Origin: a virus
Lineage: Duplodnaviria > Caudoviricetes
Strand: one strand, 5' to 3'
IMG/VR virus record: IMGVR_UViG_3300027606_000007
Span: 1,709-65,708 of that record
DNA: 64,000 nucleotides
The stretch's first letter is position 1, and every line of letters starts with the position of its first letter. Shown one piece after another: positions 18,739 through 28,189 of the stretch. The notes under the pieces are model-generated. The model searched no databases and was not told the DNA's origin. It saw nothing but the letters and a program-made list of their open reading frames with translations. Both the position numbers and the translations under genes were made by a program.

Positions 18739-19296
18739 ATGGCGATCAGCGAACTCCTCACGCCCGGCGGGACCCCCGCGTTCCTCCTCCAGGGCCACCA
18801 GCAGACGCCGCAGGACGTCTTCGCCAATCTCGCGATGGGGTCCGGCGCGGTGCGGAAGCGGCGCCTCTTCACGACGGCCCCGCGGATCGTGCGCGTCTCC
18901 TGGATCCTGGAGGCCGATCAGATGCGCCGCGTCAATGAGTGGTTTGAGCGGACGCTTCAGGTCGGGACGCTTCGATTCGCTGCTCGCGTCGCCGGCTTCG
19001 GCGGCATCGGGCCGGATTCGATGTGGTTCGATGCGCAATGGGTTGCACCGTTCGAGAAAGAGCCGATGCATCTCGGTCGCTGGCGCGTGACTGGTGACCT
19101 CCTTCTATTCGGCGACGGCCAGCTCGACGCGCCGGTACTGACCAGCTTCGAGTCCGAGATCATTGTCGACTTCGTCGTCCGGATCGCGCTGCAGACGCAG
19201 GTCCTCTTCGAGTCCGAGATTCTCGTCGCGCTCGATCCGTCGACGCGCTTCCGCTCCGAGATCTCGGTCGATCTTCTTCCGCAGTGGGAGAGCTGA
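18739..19296 (+). CDS. Distal tail (Dit-like) protein
   Basis: Follows TMP; MGSGAVRKRRLFT, WFERTLQVG. Confidence 0.6.
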   Translation: MAISELLTPGGTPAFLLQGHQQTPQDVFANLAMGSGAVRKRRLFTTAPRIVRVSWILEADQMRRVNEWFERTLQVGTLRFAARVAGFGGIGPDSMWFDAQWVAPFEKEPMHLGRWRVTGDLLLFGDGQLDAPVLTSFESEIIVDFVVRIALQTQVLFESEILVALDPSTRFRSEISVDLLPQWES

Positions 19297-19298
19297 CG

Positions 19299-20885
19299 AT
19301 GCCGTTCCCGACCTACCCCGCAGATCTGCCCGCTCCGGTGTCGGCTCCGATGCGAGCGCAGGAGCGCCGCGACCTGACCACTCTCCCCGGCCCTCGCGCG
19401 GCGGTTCCGTTTCAGTTCGCCGGCCAGGACTCGCAGAATCTCCGCTTCCGCTTGAGCTTCGCCCAGTCCGTGATCTGGGATAACTGGTGGCGCGTCACCC
19501 TGACCCTCGGCGGTGCGTGGTTCATGGCGCCGTGGTCTCACCCTACGGGCGAGACGGTGCCCCGCCGCTTCATCACGACGCCGACCTGGACACTCGTGCC
19601 GGGCTACGGGTGGGACGTCAGCATCGACGCGGAGGTTCAGAGCATCGACCAACTACCGATCGCACCAGAGATCCCGCTCTGGCTCGACAACTTCACGGGC
19701 CCCCTTGATGAGGTCCTCGCTGACCACGCGCAAGACGTCCAGCTCTATAACAGCTATTGGGACGTCCAGGAAGGCGTCTCTGCGAACCTCGACGGCATCG
19801 GCAACGTCTATTCCGGTCCTAACGGATCCTATGCGGCGAGCATCTTCTACGATTTCGAGCTGAATGAAACGCCGCAGCTCAATCCTGGATGGCGCTTTGA
19901 GATGGACGTGTTCCCGGTCCGCGGCGCGGTGACCGGCATCTATTTCGACGACGCCAACAACAACGAATTCCGCGTCTACGTCTACGGCTACGAATACGGA
20001 GAAGAAGGCGAAGGCGAAACGCCTGACGTCGTCACCGTCTCGGTCGGCTTCCTGCAGGACGGATTCACCTACTACGTTCTACCCTTCGGGGCGAAGAAGA
20101 TCGTCGTCAGGACGACGGAGTTCGGCTACACCGTTCGGATCAATGGTGACGTCTTCGATCCCGTCGAGCTGACGGAGCCGACGACGATCAATTTTTCGGA
20201 GGCGAATCTCATTCTCGGCACCGGCAACAGCAACAGCACCGCGGAGGATCCCGAAGGAAAGATCTCGCGCGTCGCGCTCTTCGGGTCGCTGTACGTCGCG
20301 CCGCCGCCAACTCCAGGCGGACCGCTGATCCTCTTCGACCCCACTCTTCCCGGTATCGAGTCCGGATTCGACGCTGTTCCGCCCGATGTCTGGCTGTACC
20401 TGCCCGACGGATTCAACACCGATTTCAATGAAGACGGCGAACTGATCTGTTCCACGGGGACCGCCGGACGCATGGGCCCGAACCTGGATGGAGCCCGGTT
20501 CCTTATTACGATGGATGCTCGCGTCACCGGGAGGTCTCCGACGAATGACTTCGCCGGAGGCGTCTCGATCGGTGCATCGGGCCCAGGGATGGGAATCATG
20601 GTCGAGCGTGACGGCGACGCCTACATCGCAGTAGCGAAAGGCTACTACAGTTCCACGATCGCGCAGTTCACGCTCCCGCCGGAGGTTGACTTCACAGAAA
20701 ACGTCGAGGTCAGGATCACATTCGACGGATCTACTGCGCGGCTCTACGTCGACGAGGTCGAAATCGATTCCGTCACCGACATCGTTCTCGACGAGATCAT
20801 CAACATCGATGCATCTCAGATGCTGGTCGAGGTCCAAGGCGACACCATCATCCACAAGGCCTCGATCACCTACCTCCCGGTCTGA
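19299..20885 (+). CDS. Second Dit-like N-terminal domain fused to beta-rich putative carbohydrate-binding domains
   Basis: FPTYPADLPAP...WWRVTLTLGGAWF, then LDNFTG...H.QD repeat and an aromatic-rich C-terminal region. Confidence 0.6.
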   Translation: MPFPTYPADLPAPVSAPMRAQERRDLTTLPGPRAAVPFQFAGQDSQNLRFRLSFAQSVIWDNWWRVTLTLGGAWFMAPWSHPTGETVPRRFITTPTWTLVPGYGWDVSIDAEVQSIDQLPIAPEIPLWLDNFTGPLDEVLADHAQDVQLYNSYWDVQEGVSANLDGIGNVYSGPNGSYAASIFYDFELNETPQLNPGWRFEMDVFPVRGAVTGIYFDDANNNEFRVYVYGYEYGEEGEGETPDVVTVSVGFLQDGFTYYVLPFGAKKIVVRTTEFGYTVRINGDVFDPVELTEPTTINFSEANLILGTGNSNSTAEDPEGKISRVALFGSLYVAPPPTPGGPLILFDPTLPGIESGFDAVPPDVWLYLPDGFNTDFNEDGELICSTGTAGRMGPNLDGARFLITMDARVTGRSPTNDFAGGVSIGASGPGMGIMVERDGDAYIAVAKGYYSSTIAQFTLPPEVDFTENVEVRITFDGSTARLYVDEVEIDSVTDIVLDEIINIDASQMLVEVQGDTIIHKASITYLPV

Positions 20886-20889
20886 CGCT

Positions 20890-21453
20890 ATGGCAACTTT
20901 TCAAGAACCGATCCACGGACTCAGCCTGTCCGATGCCCTGAAGGAAGCGGCCGCGATCTCGCCGATCAATCGCGCCGTCCTCTATGCATACGAGCTTTAT
21001 CACCCATCCATGACGGCTCCGGTTCGAGTCGTGCGAAACCATGAACCGATCGACGCCGGTATCGAATACACCGCGCCGAGAAACCCGGGCGAGATGGTTC
21101 ACTTCATGGCGTCAGCGATCCGCGTCTCTCGACCTTCTGAGGGTGACCAGTCCGACGCGCCGCAGATCAATATCAGTATCGACAACGTTTCTTCCGTGCT
21201 GACTGAGGCGCTCCGCGTCGCGCGGTCGACTACAGAGTTCGCGCTGCAGCAGTGGGAGCTGATCGAGCGGGTCTACGTCTCCGACGATCTCAGCGAGCCG
21301 GACATTCAACCACCGATGAAGATCACGCTCACGTCGGTCGCATACAACGCGACGACGGCGACGCTGACGGCCAGCTTCGGCGACCCCGTGAACGTGTCGA
21401 TCCCAGTCATCACATTCAAGCCCGAGGAGTATCCCGGGCTCGCCGCGATATGA
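20890..21453 (+). CDS. Minor tail protein (DUF1833-like)
   Basis: YELYHPSMTAPVRVVRN, INISIDNVS, YPGL. Confidence 0.75.
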   Translation: MATFQEPIHGLSLSDALKEAAAISPINRAVLYAYELYHPSMTAPVRVVRNHEPIDAGIEYTAPRNPGEMVHFMASAIRVSRPSEGDQSDAPQINISIDNVSSVLTEALRVARSTTEFALQQWELIERVYVSDDLSEPDIQPPMKITLTSVAYNATTATLTASFGDPVNVSIPVITFKPEEYPGLAAI

Positions 21454-21821
21454 CCAAGCACTGGGCGCATGACCTCATCGGCCTCACCGACGTCGGGCAA
21501 TGCTGGGGCCTCGTTTGCACCGGCCTTCGGATGCAGTACGGATGCGATCTGCCGGATCTCCTCGCTACTCAGGACACGGCGGCCGCGGTGCGCGAGGCGG
21601 CTCGCGTCCACGGCTGGAGGCCCGCAGAGATGCCGGCGCGAGACGGCGACATCATCGTCATGAGAGGACATCGACGGGGCCGGCATGTTGCCCTCGCAGT
21701 CGAGGCCGATGGTGTCGTCGGCGTGCTGCATTGGACCCTCGGCGCCGTCGTGTTCGAGAGCTGGTCCTCGCTGAAGTCGCGCGGCTTCGGTGAATTCGAG
21801 ATCTGGAGGCATCAGAAGTGA
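21450..21821 (+). CDS. NlpC/P60-like tail tip assembly protein (gpK-like)
   Basis: QCWGLV catalytic Cys, RHVALAV His, VLHW. Confidence 0.75.
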   Translation: MTKHWAHDLIGLTDVGQCWGLVCTGLRMQYGCDLPDLLATQDTAAAVREAARVHGWRPAEMPARDGDIIVMRGHRRGRHVALAVEADGVVGVLHWTLGAVVFESWSSLKSRGFGEFEIWRHQK

Positions 21822-24625
21822 AGAACGAACTCATCGTCTCGACGGTCAGCCGGCCGCCGTTCGGCGGCAAGTCGGACCCCGTCCTCGTCACGCCGGGGAC
21901 CACGATTGCGGACACGATGCCGAAGGGGATCGACGACATGCTCGTCGTCCGAATCAATGGCGGCCCCGGCTACGTGCCGCGTGCGTTCTGGGATCACCAG
22001 CTCAAGGAAGGCGACGTCGTCGAGTGGTTCGCTTACCCTCGCGGCGACGGCAAGGGCGGCCTCCTGCAGCTCCTCCTCGTCGTCGTCTCCATCGTCGCGA
22101 ATGTCTACGCGCCGGGATCCGGCGCCTACGTCCTCGCGCTCGGCAGCTTCGCCCTGCAGGTCTTCACGCGACCAGATGCTGCGCGCAAGACCGAGACGGA
22201 GAGCGACAGCAACACCTACAGCGTCAGCATTCAAGGCAACGTCCCCCGCCTCTATCAGGTCATCCCGAAGATCTGCGGTCGACACCAGACCTATCCGCCG
22301 TTCGCTGGTGAGCCTTACACCGAGTTCAAGCCGGTCCTCCGAAACGACGGCTTCGGCGGTGAGTTCGAGGATCACGATCAGTTCTTCTACGCGGTGTACT
22401 GCATCGGCATCGGGAACCACGACATCGAGCGCGTCCTCATCGACGACACGCAGATCGAGAGCTTCAAGGACATCCTCGTCGCGAACTACCTTCCTCCTGG
22501 GACGCTTCCTTCGACCGCGAAGCCGAACATCGTCACCTCTCCAGAGGTGGCCGGGCAAGAACTGCTGACGGCCTACTACGTCGGCGGATTTGCGGCGTGC
22601 GGCCCCCGCAGCATCGCGACTCACATCAGCGTCGACATCGTGGCGCCTCGTGGCGCCTACATCTCGGACAACAGCGGGAACCCTCAGCCCGTCAGTTTTG
22701 CGTGGTCGGTCGAGTATCGACGGATCAATCAGTTCGGAGTCCCGACCAGCACCTGGGACACGCTCGCGGAAGAGTCGCGGACGAACGTCAACTCCCTGGA
22801 GCCTCGCCGCTGGACCAATACCTACGAGTTGACCACGCCGGGACGTGTCGAGATCCGCGTCGTCCGCAACGACATCAAGTCAAACAGCGGCCGCGCGTCT
22901 CACGACCTCACCTGGGCGAACCTGCGAGCAGAGCTTCAGACGTCGGTCACCCTGAACGCGAATGCCGCGCACTTCGAGCTGGTGATGCGCGCATCGAAGC
23001 AGCTCAACAACATCAGCCAGAGCCGCCTCAGCATCATCGCGACCGGCAAATGCCGGAAGTGGGAGCCTTACAACGGATGGAGCGAGGAGGTCGCGACGAG
23101 AAACCCTGCATGGTGGCTCGCTGATCTCTGGACCTCCTCGGTTTGGGGAGAGGGTCTCGATGACGATCGCGTCGACCTGAATCAGATCTATCAATACGCG
23201 CAACTCTGGGAGAAGCGGCAGGATCGCTTCGACTACGTCTTCGACACCAGCATCGACGCGGATTCCGCCTGCCAGATCATCGCCGGTGCCGGCCGTGCCC
23301 GCTGCTTCCGACGTGGCGGCGTCCGCACGCTGGCACGCGACGACAAGCAGACCCTCCCTCGAACCGCGTTCCATCGTCGCAACACGGTTCCAGGCACGAT
23401 GCAGACGACGGAGTCCCTGCCGGGACCGGAGCGACCCGACGGCGTCATCGTCGAGTATTTCGACAATCGCTCCTGGAGCTGGGGCCTGCCGATCGAGTGC
23501 CCGGCCCCGGGTGTCGAGTCGATGCAGAACCCGGTCCGCCTCCGCTTCTACGGCATCACCGGCCGCACGCACGCGACGCGAGAGGGCCTCTACACCGCCG
23601 CGAAGCTCGCGCTCCGCCGCGAGACGGTGCAATGCACGACCGAGATGCAGGGCATCCTCCCGGCGTTCTACGAGGCCGTCCGATGGCTTCCCGACACGGG
23701 GGTCCTCGGACAGTCCGGAGACGTCATCGGCTATGCGGATCTGACCTTGACCCTCAGCGAGCCGCCGCAATGGGGAGACGAGCCTCTCGCGATCTCGCTG
23801 CAGCGTGACGACGGAAGCTACACCCCCGCCGTCGAGGTCTCGCCGGGCCCGACCGACCATGACGTCGTTCTTCCGACGGAGCCTGACTTCCTCATCATCA
23901 CCGATGACGGCAATCGGGAGCGTCCGAAGTTCATGCTCTTCAAGCTGACGCAGGAGCGCGAGAACATCGTCAAGATCTCGCTCATCGAAGACGGCGGCGA
24001 GGACGAGGGAGGCGCGCAGCTCCTCAAGCTGACGGCCTTCGTCGATGACGATCGCATCCATAACGTCGACGTTCACCTCTTGCCGGGCCCCGGTGACGAC
24101 CAGGATCCGATCGACACGACACCCGGCGTCCCCGACATCGGAACGAAGGCAATCGTCCGCCTGCCGGACCCTTACAACTTCATGGGGCCGCCTGTCGGTC
24201 CGTGGTATCAACGCTATGACGAGTGGACCTTCCGACCCGACGGAACACTGAACCAGAAGCTCGGCAACGTGCTTTATCCGCAGTACGACGTCGACGCCGA
24301 CTACGCGAATTGCTGGCTCGTCTCGTCTCCGCTGGAGACCATTCACAGCACCCGCTACGAGCTGCGCGCGACGCTTCAATCTCTCTACATCGCCCCCAAT
24401 CAACCGAACGTGACGTATTGGGGAGAATTCAACGTCTGGCTTTCGATGGACGTCGAGCGTGATTTCGGCATGTCGTGTCCCGGCCAAGGGGAAGAAGGCA
24501 TCGGGGCCGGCGGGATGCAGGTCTTCTTCGAGATCCGAGAGAAGGCGACAGGCATCATTGCAGCAAGCGTGATTTACTACTTCACCGTCAGCAACAACAT
24601 GGAAGGCGACGGCGGAGGTCAATAA
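21818..24625 (+). CDS. Tail tip / host specificity protein (gpJ-like, with gpI-like N-terminus)
   Basis: IPKICGRH, RNPAWWLADLWTS, FDYVFD, IVEYFD; 935 aa. Confidence 0.85.
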   Translation: MKNELIVSTVSRPPFGGKSDPVLVTPGTTIADTMPKGIDDMLVVRINGGPGYVPRAFWDHQLKEGDVVEWFAYPRGDGKGGLLQLLLVVVSIVANVYAPGSGAYVLALGSFALQVFTRPDAARKTETESDSNTYSVSIQGNVPRLYQVIPKICGRHQTYPPFAGEPYTEFKPVLRNDGFGGEFEDHDQFFYAVYCIGIGNHDIERVLIDDTQIESFKDILVANYLPPGTLPSTAKPNIVTSPEVAGQELLTAYYVGGFAACGPRSIATHISVDIVAPRGAYISDNSGNPQPVSFAWSVEYRRINQFGVPTSTWDTLAEESRTNVNSLEPRRWTNTYELTTPGRVEIRVVRNDIKSNSGRASHDLTWANLRAELQTSVTLNANAAHFELVMRASKQLNNISQSRLSIIATGKCRKWEPYNGWSEEVATRNPAWWLADLWTSSVWGEGLDDDRVDLNQIYQYAQLWEKRQDRFDYVFDTSIDADSACQIIAGAGRARCFRRGGVRTLARDDKQTLPRTAFHRRNTVPGTMQTTESLPGPERPDGVIVEYFDNRSWSWGLPIECPAPGVESMQNPVRLRFYGITGRTHATREGLYTAAKLALRRETVQCTTEMQGILPAFYEAVRWLPDTGVLGQSGDVIGYADLTLTLSEPPQWGDEPLAISLQRDDGSYTPAVEVSPGPTDHDVVLPTEPDFLIITDDGNRERPKFMLFKLTQERENIVKISLIEDGGEDEGGAQLLKLTAFVDDDRIHNVDVHLLPGPGDDQDPIDTTPGVPDIGTKAIVRLPDPYNFMGPPVGPWYQRYDEWTFRPDGTLNQKLGNVLYPQYDVDADYANCWLVSSPLETIHSTRYELRATLQSLYIAPNQPNVTYWGEFNVWLSMDVERDFGMSCPGQGEEGIGAGGMQVFFEIREKATGIIAASVIYYFTVSNNMEGDGGGQ

Positions 24626-24637
24626 CAGGAGAACACC

Positions 24638-25534
24638 ATGTCACAGCTCACCGACTACGGCGAGAACCGTCTCATCGATTTCATCCGAAGCAACGAGCCC
24701 TCTCTCCCTTCGAGCTGGTATATCTCGCTCGGCTCTCTGGAGCTGGACTCCGATGGGGTCGTGATACCTGACTCGACATTCACCGAGTTCACCGGCACCG
24801 GCTACGCGCGGCAAGCCGTCGCACGATCGCTGACGAACTGGGCCGGCACTCAGGGCGCCGGCTCCGTCCAGGCCAGCACCGGCGCGAGTCACGCGACGAG
24901 CAATAACGTCGTCATCAACTTCGGGACCTCCGGCTCCGCATGGGGCACGGCGACTCACGTCGCATTCAACGATGCCAGCAGCGGCGGGAACAAGTGGATC
25001 TTCGCGGAGCTGGAAGACCCGATGGTCATCGGCAACGGCGAGCCCGTCACGATCCCGATCGAAGCGATCAGCATGTCGCTCGGCCTGTCCGGCGGGATGA
25101 CGAACTACCTCGCGAACAAGATGATCGACTGGCTCTTCCGCGGGCAGAGCGCTTCCTTCATCAGCGACCTCGACAATTACTACTTCGGCTATTCCACGAC
25201 GACCCCATCCAACGCTGGGGCCGCCACGGAGCCGAATGTCGGCGGCTACGCTCGCGCCGTGATGCCGCGCGGCTTCACCTATTGGTCGGCGACGAGCATC
25301 CCAGGAGACACCGGGTCAAGCGAGGGAACCGACGGTCGGACCTCGAACAACATCGCGATTCAGTGGCCGGCTCCTACAGCAGATCAGGGCGACGTCTCTC
25401 ACGTCGTCGTCTTCGATGCGGCCACACTGGGGAACATGCTCTTCTGGACCCCGATCCAAGCGGTGAAGACGATCGCGGCCGGGAGCGACGCGCCGGCGTA
25501 CAACCCCGACAAGTTCGGGATCACGCTTCGCTGA
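24638..25534 (+). CDS. Putative tail fibre/tip protein with two tandem homologous domains
   Basis: LTDYGENRLIDF...GYARQAV...DASSGGN and MTNYLANKMIDW...GYARAVM...DAATLGN. Confidence 0.7.
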   Translation: MSQLTDYGENRLIDFIRSNEPSLPSSWYISLGSLELDSDGVVIPDSTFTEFTGTGYARQAVARSLTNWAGTQGAGSVQASTGASHATSNNVVINFGTSGSAWGTATHVAFNDASSGGNKWIFAELEDPMVIGNGEPVTIPIEAISMSLGLSGGMTNYLANKMIDWLFRGQSASFISDLDNYYFGYSTTTPSNAGAATEPNVGGYARAVMPRGFTYWSATSIPGDTGSSEGTDGRTSNNIAIQWPAPTADQGDVSHVVVFDAATLGNMLFWTPIQAVKTIAAGSDAPAYNPDKFGITLR

Positions 25535-25645
25535 TGTTGCGGCGCGGACTGTAACCTCTGCCAGTACCTGGGGAGGTTGCCCCCCCTACAATGCGCCGCA
25601 TCCCTAACCCTGTTGATCGCAGGAACCAGAGAAGGCGGCGACACT

Positions 25646-25981
25646 GTGAATTCCCATCGAGAAGCAAGGGATTCGACCATGGAAGGCCACCGCCGGGAGG
25701 ATGAGGGCTCCGCGCCGATCGTGCGCGGAATTCCGATGCCATGGCTCATCGGGGCCATCGCGACAATCGCCTTCACCTCCGGCGGGTTGATGCTCCAGAT
25801 GTCGAAGATGTCGACCGACATCGAGAAGCTCGACGTCAAGCTGGACCAGCGTCTGAACCAGATGGAAGAGAACCAGCGCCGCGCGAACGTCGAGATGCAG
25901 ACCCAGAAGGTCGAGTTCGCCGAGTTCAAGGGCGAGGTCAGGGCCTTCATCACGCGCCGAGAACCGCCGCGGCAGCAGTAG
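25646..25981 (+). CDS. Single-TM coiled-coil protein (holin/antiholin-like); start uncertain
   Basis: One TM then coiled coil; first gene of lysis region. Confidence 0.55.
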   Translation: MNSHREARDSTMEGHRREDEGSAPIVRGIPMPWLIGAIATIAFTSGGLMLQMSKMSTDIEKLDVKLDQRLNQMEENQRRANVEMQTQKVEFAEFKGEVRAFITRREPPRQQ

Positions 25982-26009
25982 ACTCCCGGGCATCCACCAG
26001 GAGCCCGCC

Positions 26010-26363
26010 ATGCCGAATCGCGTCGAATCCAAAAAGCTCGGTCTCGCGCAGGCCATCCTCGCGATCGTCATCGTCGTCGGCTTCTTCGCCGTTCTGATCT
26101 TCCTCTTCTACGCGCGGGACCCCAGCAACACCGAGGGCTTCCGCGACGCGCGGCTCATCATGATCGGCGCGCTGACGTCCGGCCTGTCGCTCGTCCTCGG
26201 CTTCTACTTCGGCACGACGGCCAGCTCGGAGCGCAAGACCGAACTCCTCGCGAACTCGACGCCGACCCCAACGGATCCCGTCACCGTCACGACGACGAGC
26301 GTCGTCGCAGAAGATGGCGCCCCTCCAGGCGCACCCAACCTCCCTCAGGAGCAGCCACGATGA
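26010..26363 (+). CDS. Putative holin (two TM)
   Basis: Two TM helices, FYFGTT motif, upstream of endolysin. Confidence 0.65.
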   Translation: MPNRVESKKLGLAQAILAIVIVVGFFAVLIFLFYARDPSNTEGFRDARLIMIGALTSGLSLVLGFYFGTTASSERKTELLANSTPTPTDPVTVTTTSVVAEDGAPPGAPNLPQEQPR

Positions 26364-27139
26364 AGAAGACCTTCCACCTCCTCGCCGCCTCGCTTCTCGC
26401 GGCCTGCATGATGCCGGCCATGGCGCAGACGAAGCCGACCTGCGAACTGAAGAGCGACGCGAAGCTGACGTCGGCCGCCGTGTCGACCGGGACCTCGGTC
26501 TGGTGGCCGAAGACCACGGAGCAGCCGACCGGCGGCTACGTCGAGGTCGCCCGCGCCGGCGCCGCGCTGCGGCAGGTCCCGCTCGTCTTCGTCGCGCCGA
26601 CGGCATCCCAGATCAAGGCGGGCACCGCACCGGACGCGGTCAAGATCTGCTTCCCGATGTTCTCGCTGCGCGACGGCGACATCCTGACGGTCGTCACCAC
26701 GAAGCAGAACGCCTCGACTCGGTCGACGCCGTGCCAGTTCTTCACCGGCGACGCCTTCACCTTCCGCGACTACACCCCGGTCGGCGGCACCGCCGAGCGA
26801 CAGGCCACCATCAAGGCGCGGATCGTTCCGGTCGGCAAGGTCTCCGGGATCTGCACGACGACGAAGGCATCGTCGACCACGCCGCCGCCGGTTGTCGTCG
26901 TTCCGGATCCGCCGGTCACGCCGCCCCCTGTCACGCCGCCGGCGACGAAGACCTGGGCCGCGCTGGTGAGCGAGTGGCAGAGCTTCGACCGCGGGACCGC
27001 TCTGGTCCGCTACGGCGTCCCTGGAAGCTGGCGCGAGGTCCAGGTCGACGGCTATCGCATGTGCAGCGCCTCCGGCCTCGGCCTGGACGGATTCGACCCC
27101 GCCCCCGGCAGCTCGAAAGCATGCGAGATCCTGCAGTAA
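26360..27139 (+). CDS. Exported Cys-containing protein with Pro-rich linker and small C-terminal domain
   Basis: Signal peptide (LAAC lipobox or AMA-Q site); VRYG...DPAPGSSKAC C-terminus. Confidence 0.7.
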   Translation: MKKTFHLLAASLLAACMMPAMAQTKPTCELKSDAKLTSAAVSTGTSVWWPKTTEQPTGGYVEVARAGAALRQVPLVFVAPTASQIKAGTAPDAVKICFPMFSLRDGDILTVVTTKQNASTRSTPCQFFTGDAFTFRDYTPVGGTAERQATIKARIVPVGKVSGICTTTKASSTTPPPVVVVPDPPVTPPPVTPPATKTWAALVSEWQSFDRGTALVRYGVPGSWREVQVDGYRMCSASGLGLDGFDPAPGSSKACEILQ

Positions 27140-27342
27140 AACGCCGCTACAAGAAGAGGGGGACCGGGTTCCTCCTCGGATTGAAGCTGGCGCAGAAAGA
27201 GCATCCTCCCGACCTGACGACCGACCTCGGCATCCTGCGTGACGCCATCGAGAACCAGAGCCGCCGCGCGATGGCGCTGCAGCGAGAGGTGATGTCCCAG
27301 GCCCCGACCGTGGTCCCGCTCCGAAAGGGCAAAGCAGCATGA
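27121..27342 (+). CDS. Small basic hypothetical protein
   Basis: ATGA-coupled to endolysin. Confidence 0.45.
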   Translation: MRDPAVKRRYKKRGTGFLLGLKLAQKEHPPDLTTDLGILRDAIENQSRRAMALQREVMSQAPTVVPLRKGKAA

Positions 27343-27890
27343 AGACATCCGCCAACGGCCGCCGCGTCCTCGAACGCTTCGAGGGCCGAGAATACAAGGC
27401 CTATCCGGACCCGGCGTCACCGCTCGCGAAGGCGCGGCGCCTGGGCCTGCCGTTCCGCGGCCTCAGCGGGGCGCCCTGGACGATCGGGGTCGGCCACACC
27501 GGGCCGGAGGTGCATGAGGGTCTCGTCTGGACCGACGCGCAGATCGACGCCGCGCTGGACGCCGACCTGCTGCGGTTCGAGCGTGCCGTCGACAAGCTCA
27601 CCGCGAACCGGATCCCGACTCAAGGGCAGTTCGATGCGATGGTCCTCTTCGCCTTCAACGTCGGCGAGGACATCGACGAGGACAAGATCGCCGAAGGGCT
27701 CGGCGATTCGACGCTGCTGCGCCTCTACCTCGCCGGCGAGACCAGGGCGGCCGCCGACGAGTTCCCGAAATGGAACAAGGCCGGCGGGCAGGTGATGCTC
27801 GGCCTGCGCCGCCGGCGCGCCGCGGAGCGCGAGCTATTCCTCGGCAACACCGCCGAGACCGCGATCCGCGTCGCCGAGCTGATCCACTAG
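27339..27890 (+). CDS. Endolysin, GH24 (T4-like) lysozyme
   Basis: E-x8-D (FEGREYKAYPD), WTIGVGHT, QFDAMVLFAFNVG, GLRRRRAAERELF; no SAR segment. Confidence 0.92.
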   Translation: MKTSANGRRVLERFEGREYKAYPDPASPLAKARRLGLPFRGLSGAPWTIGVGHTGPEVHEGLVWTDAQIDAALDADLLRFERAVDKLTANRIPTQGQFDAMVLFAFNVGEDIDEDKIAEGLGDSTLLRLYLAGETRAAADEFPKWNKAGGQVMLGLRRRRAAERELFLGNTAETAIRVAELIH

Positions 27891-27967
27891 GGATCCGCCC
27901 TCCTCCGGCGCGACGATAGCCGCCTTCTGGGATACATTGCGGCCATCGAAACCACCTGGAGACGCCC

Positions 27968-28189
27968 ATGCTCACCGCATCCGTCCCTCTCTGGCTCACT
28001 GTCGTGATCGTCATCATCGCGATCGGCGTCACCTTCGCAGTCGCGCACCGCTGGCGCAAGGAAAACCCGGACAGCTACGGCCGCGCCGCCAGCGGTGCCA
28101 AGCGCGCCGGCGACCGCATCGAGGCCGGCGTCGACAGGATCGGCGACAAGGTCCGCGGGCGCGACGACGGCAACCACGGAGACGGCTGA
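27968..28189 (+). CDS. Small single-TM protein
   Basis: GGAG RBS; N-terminal TM. Confidence 0.6.
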   Translation: MLTASVPLWLTVVIVIIAIGVTFAVAHRWRKENPDSYGRAASGAKRAGDRIEAGVDRIGDKVRGRDDGNHGDG

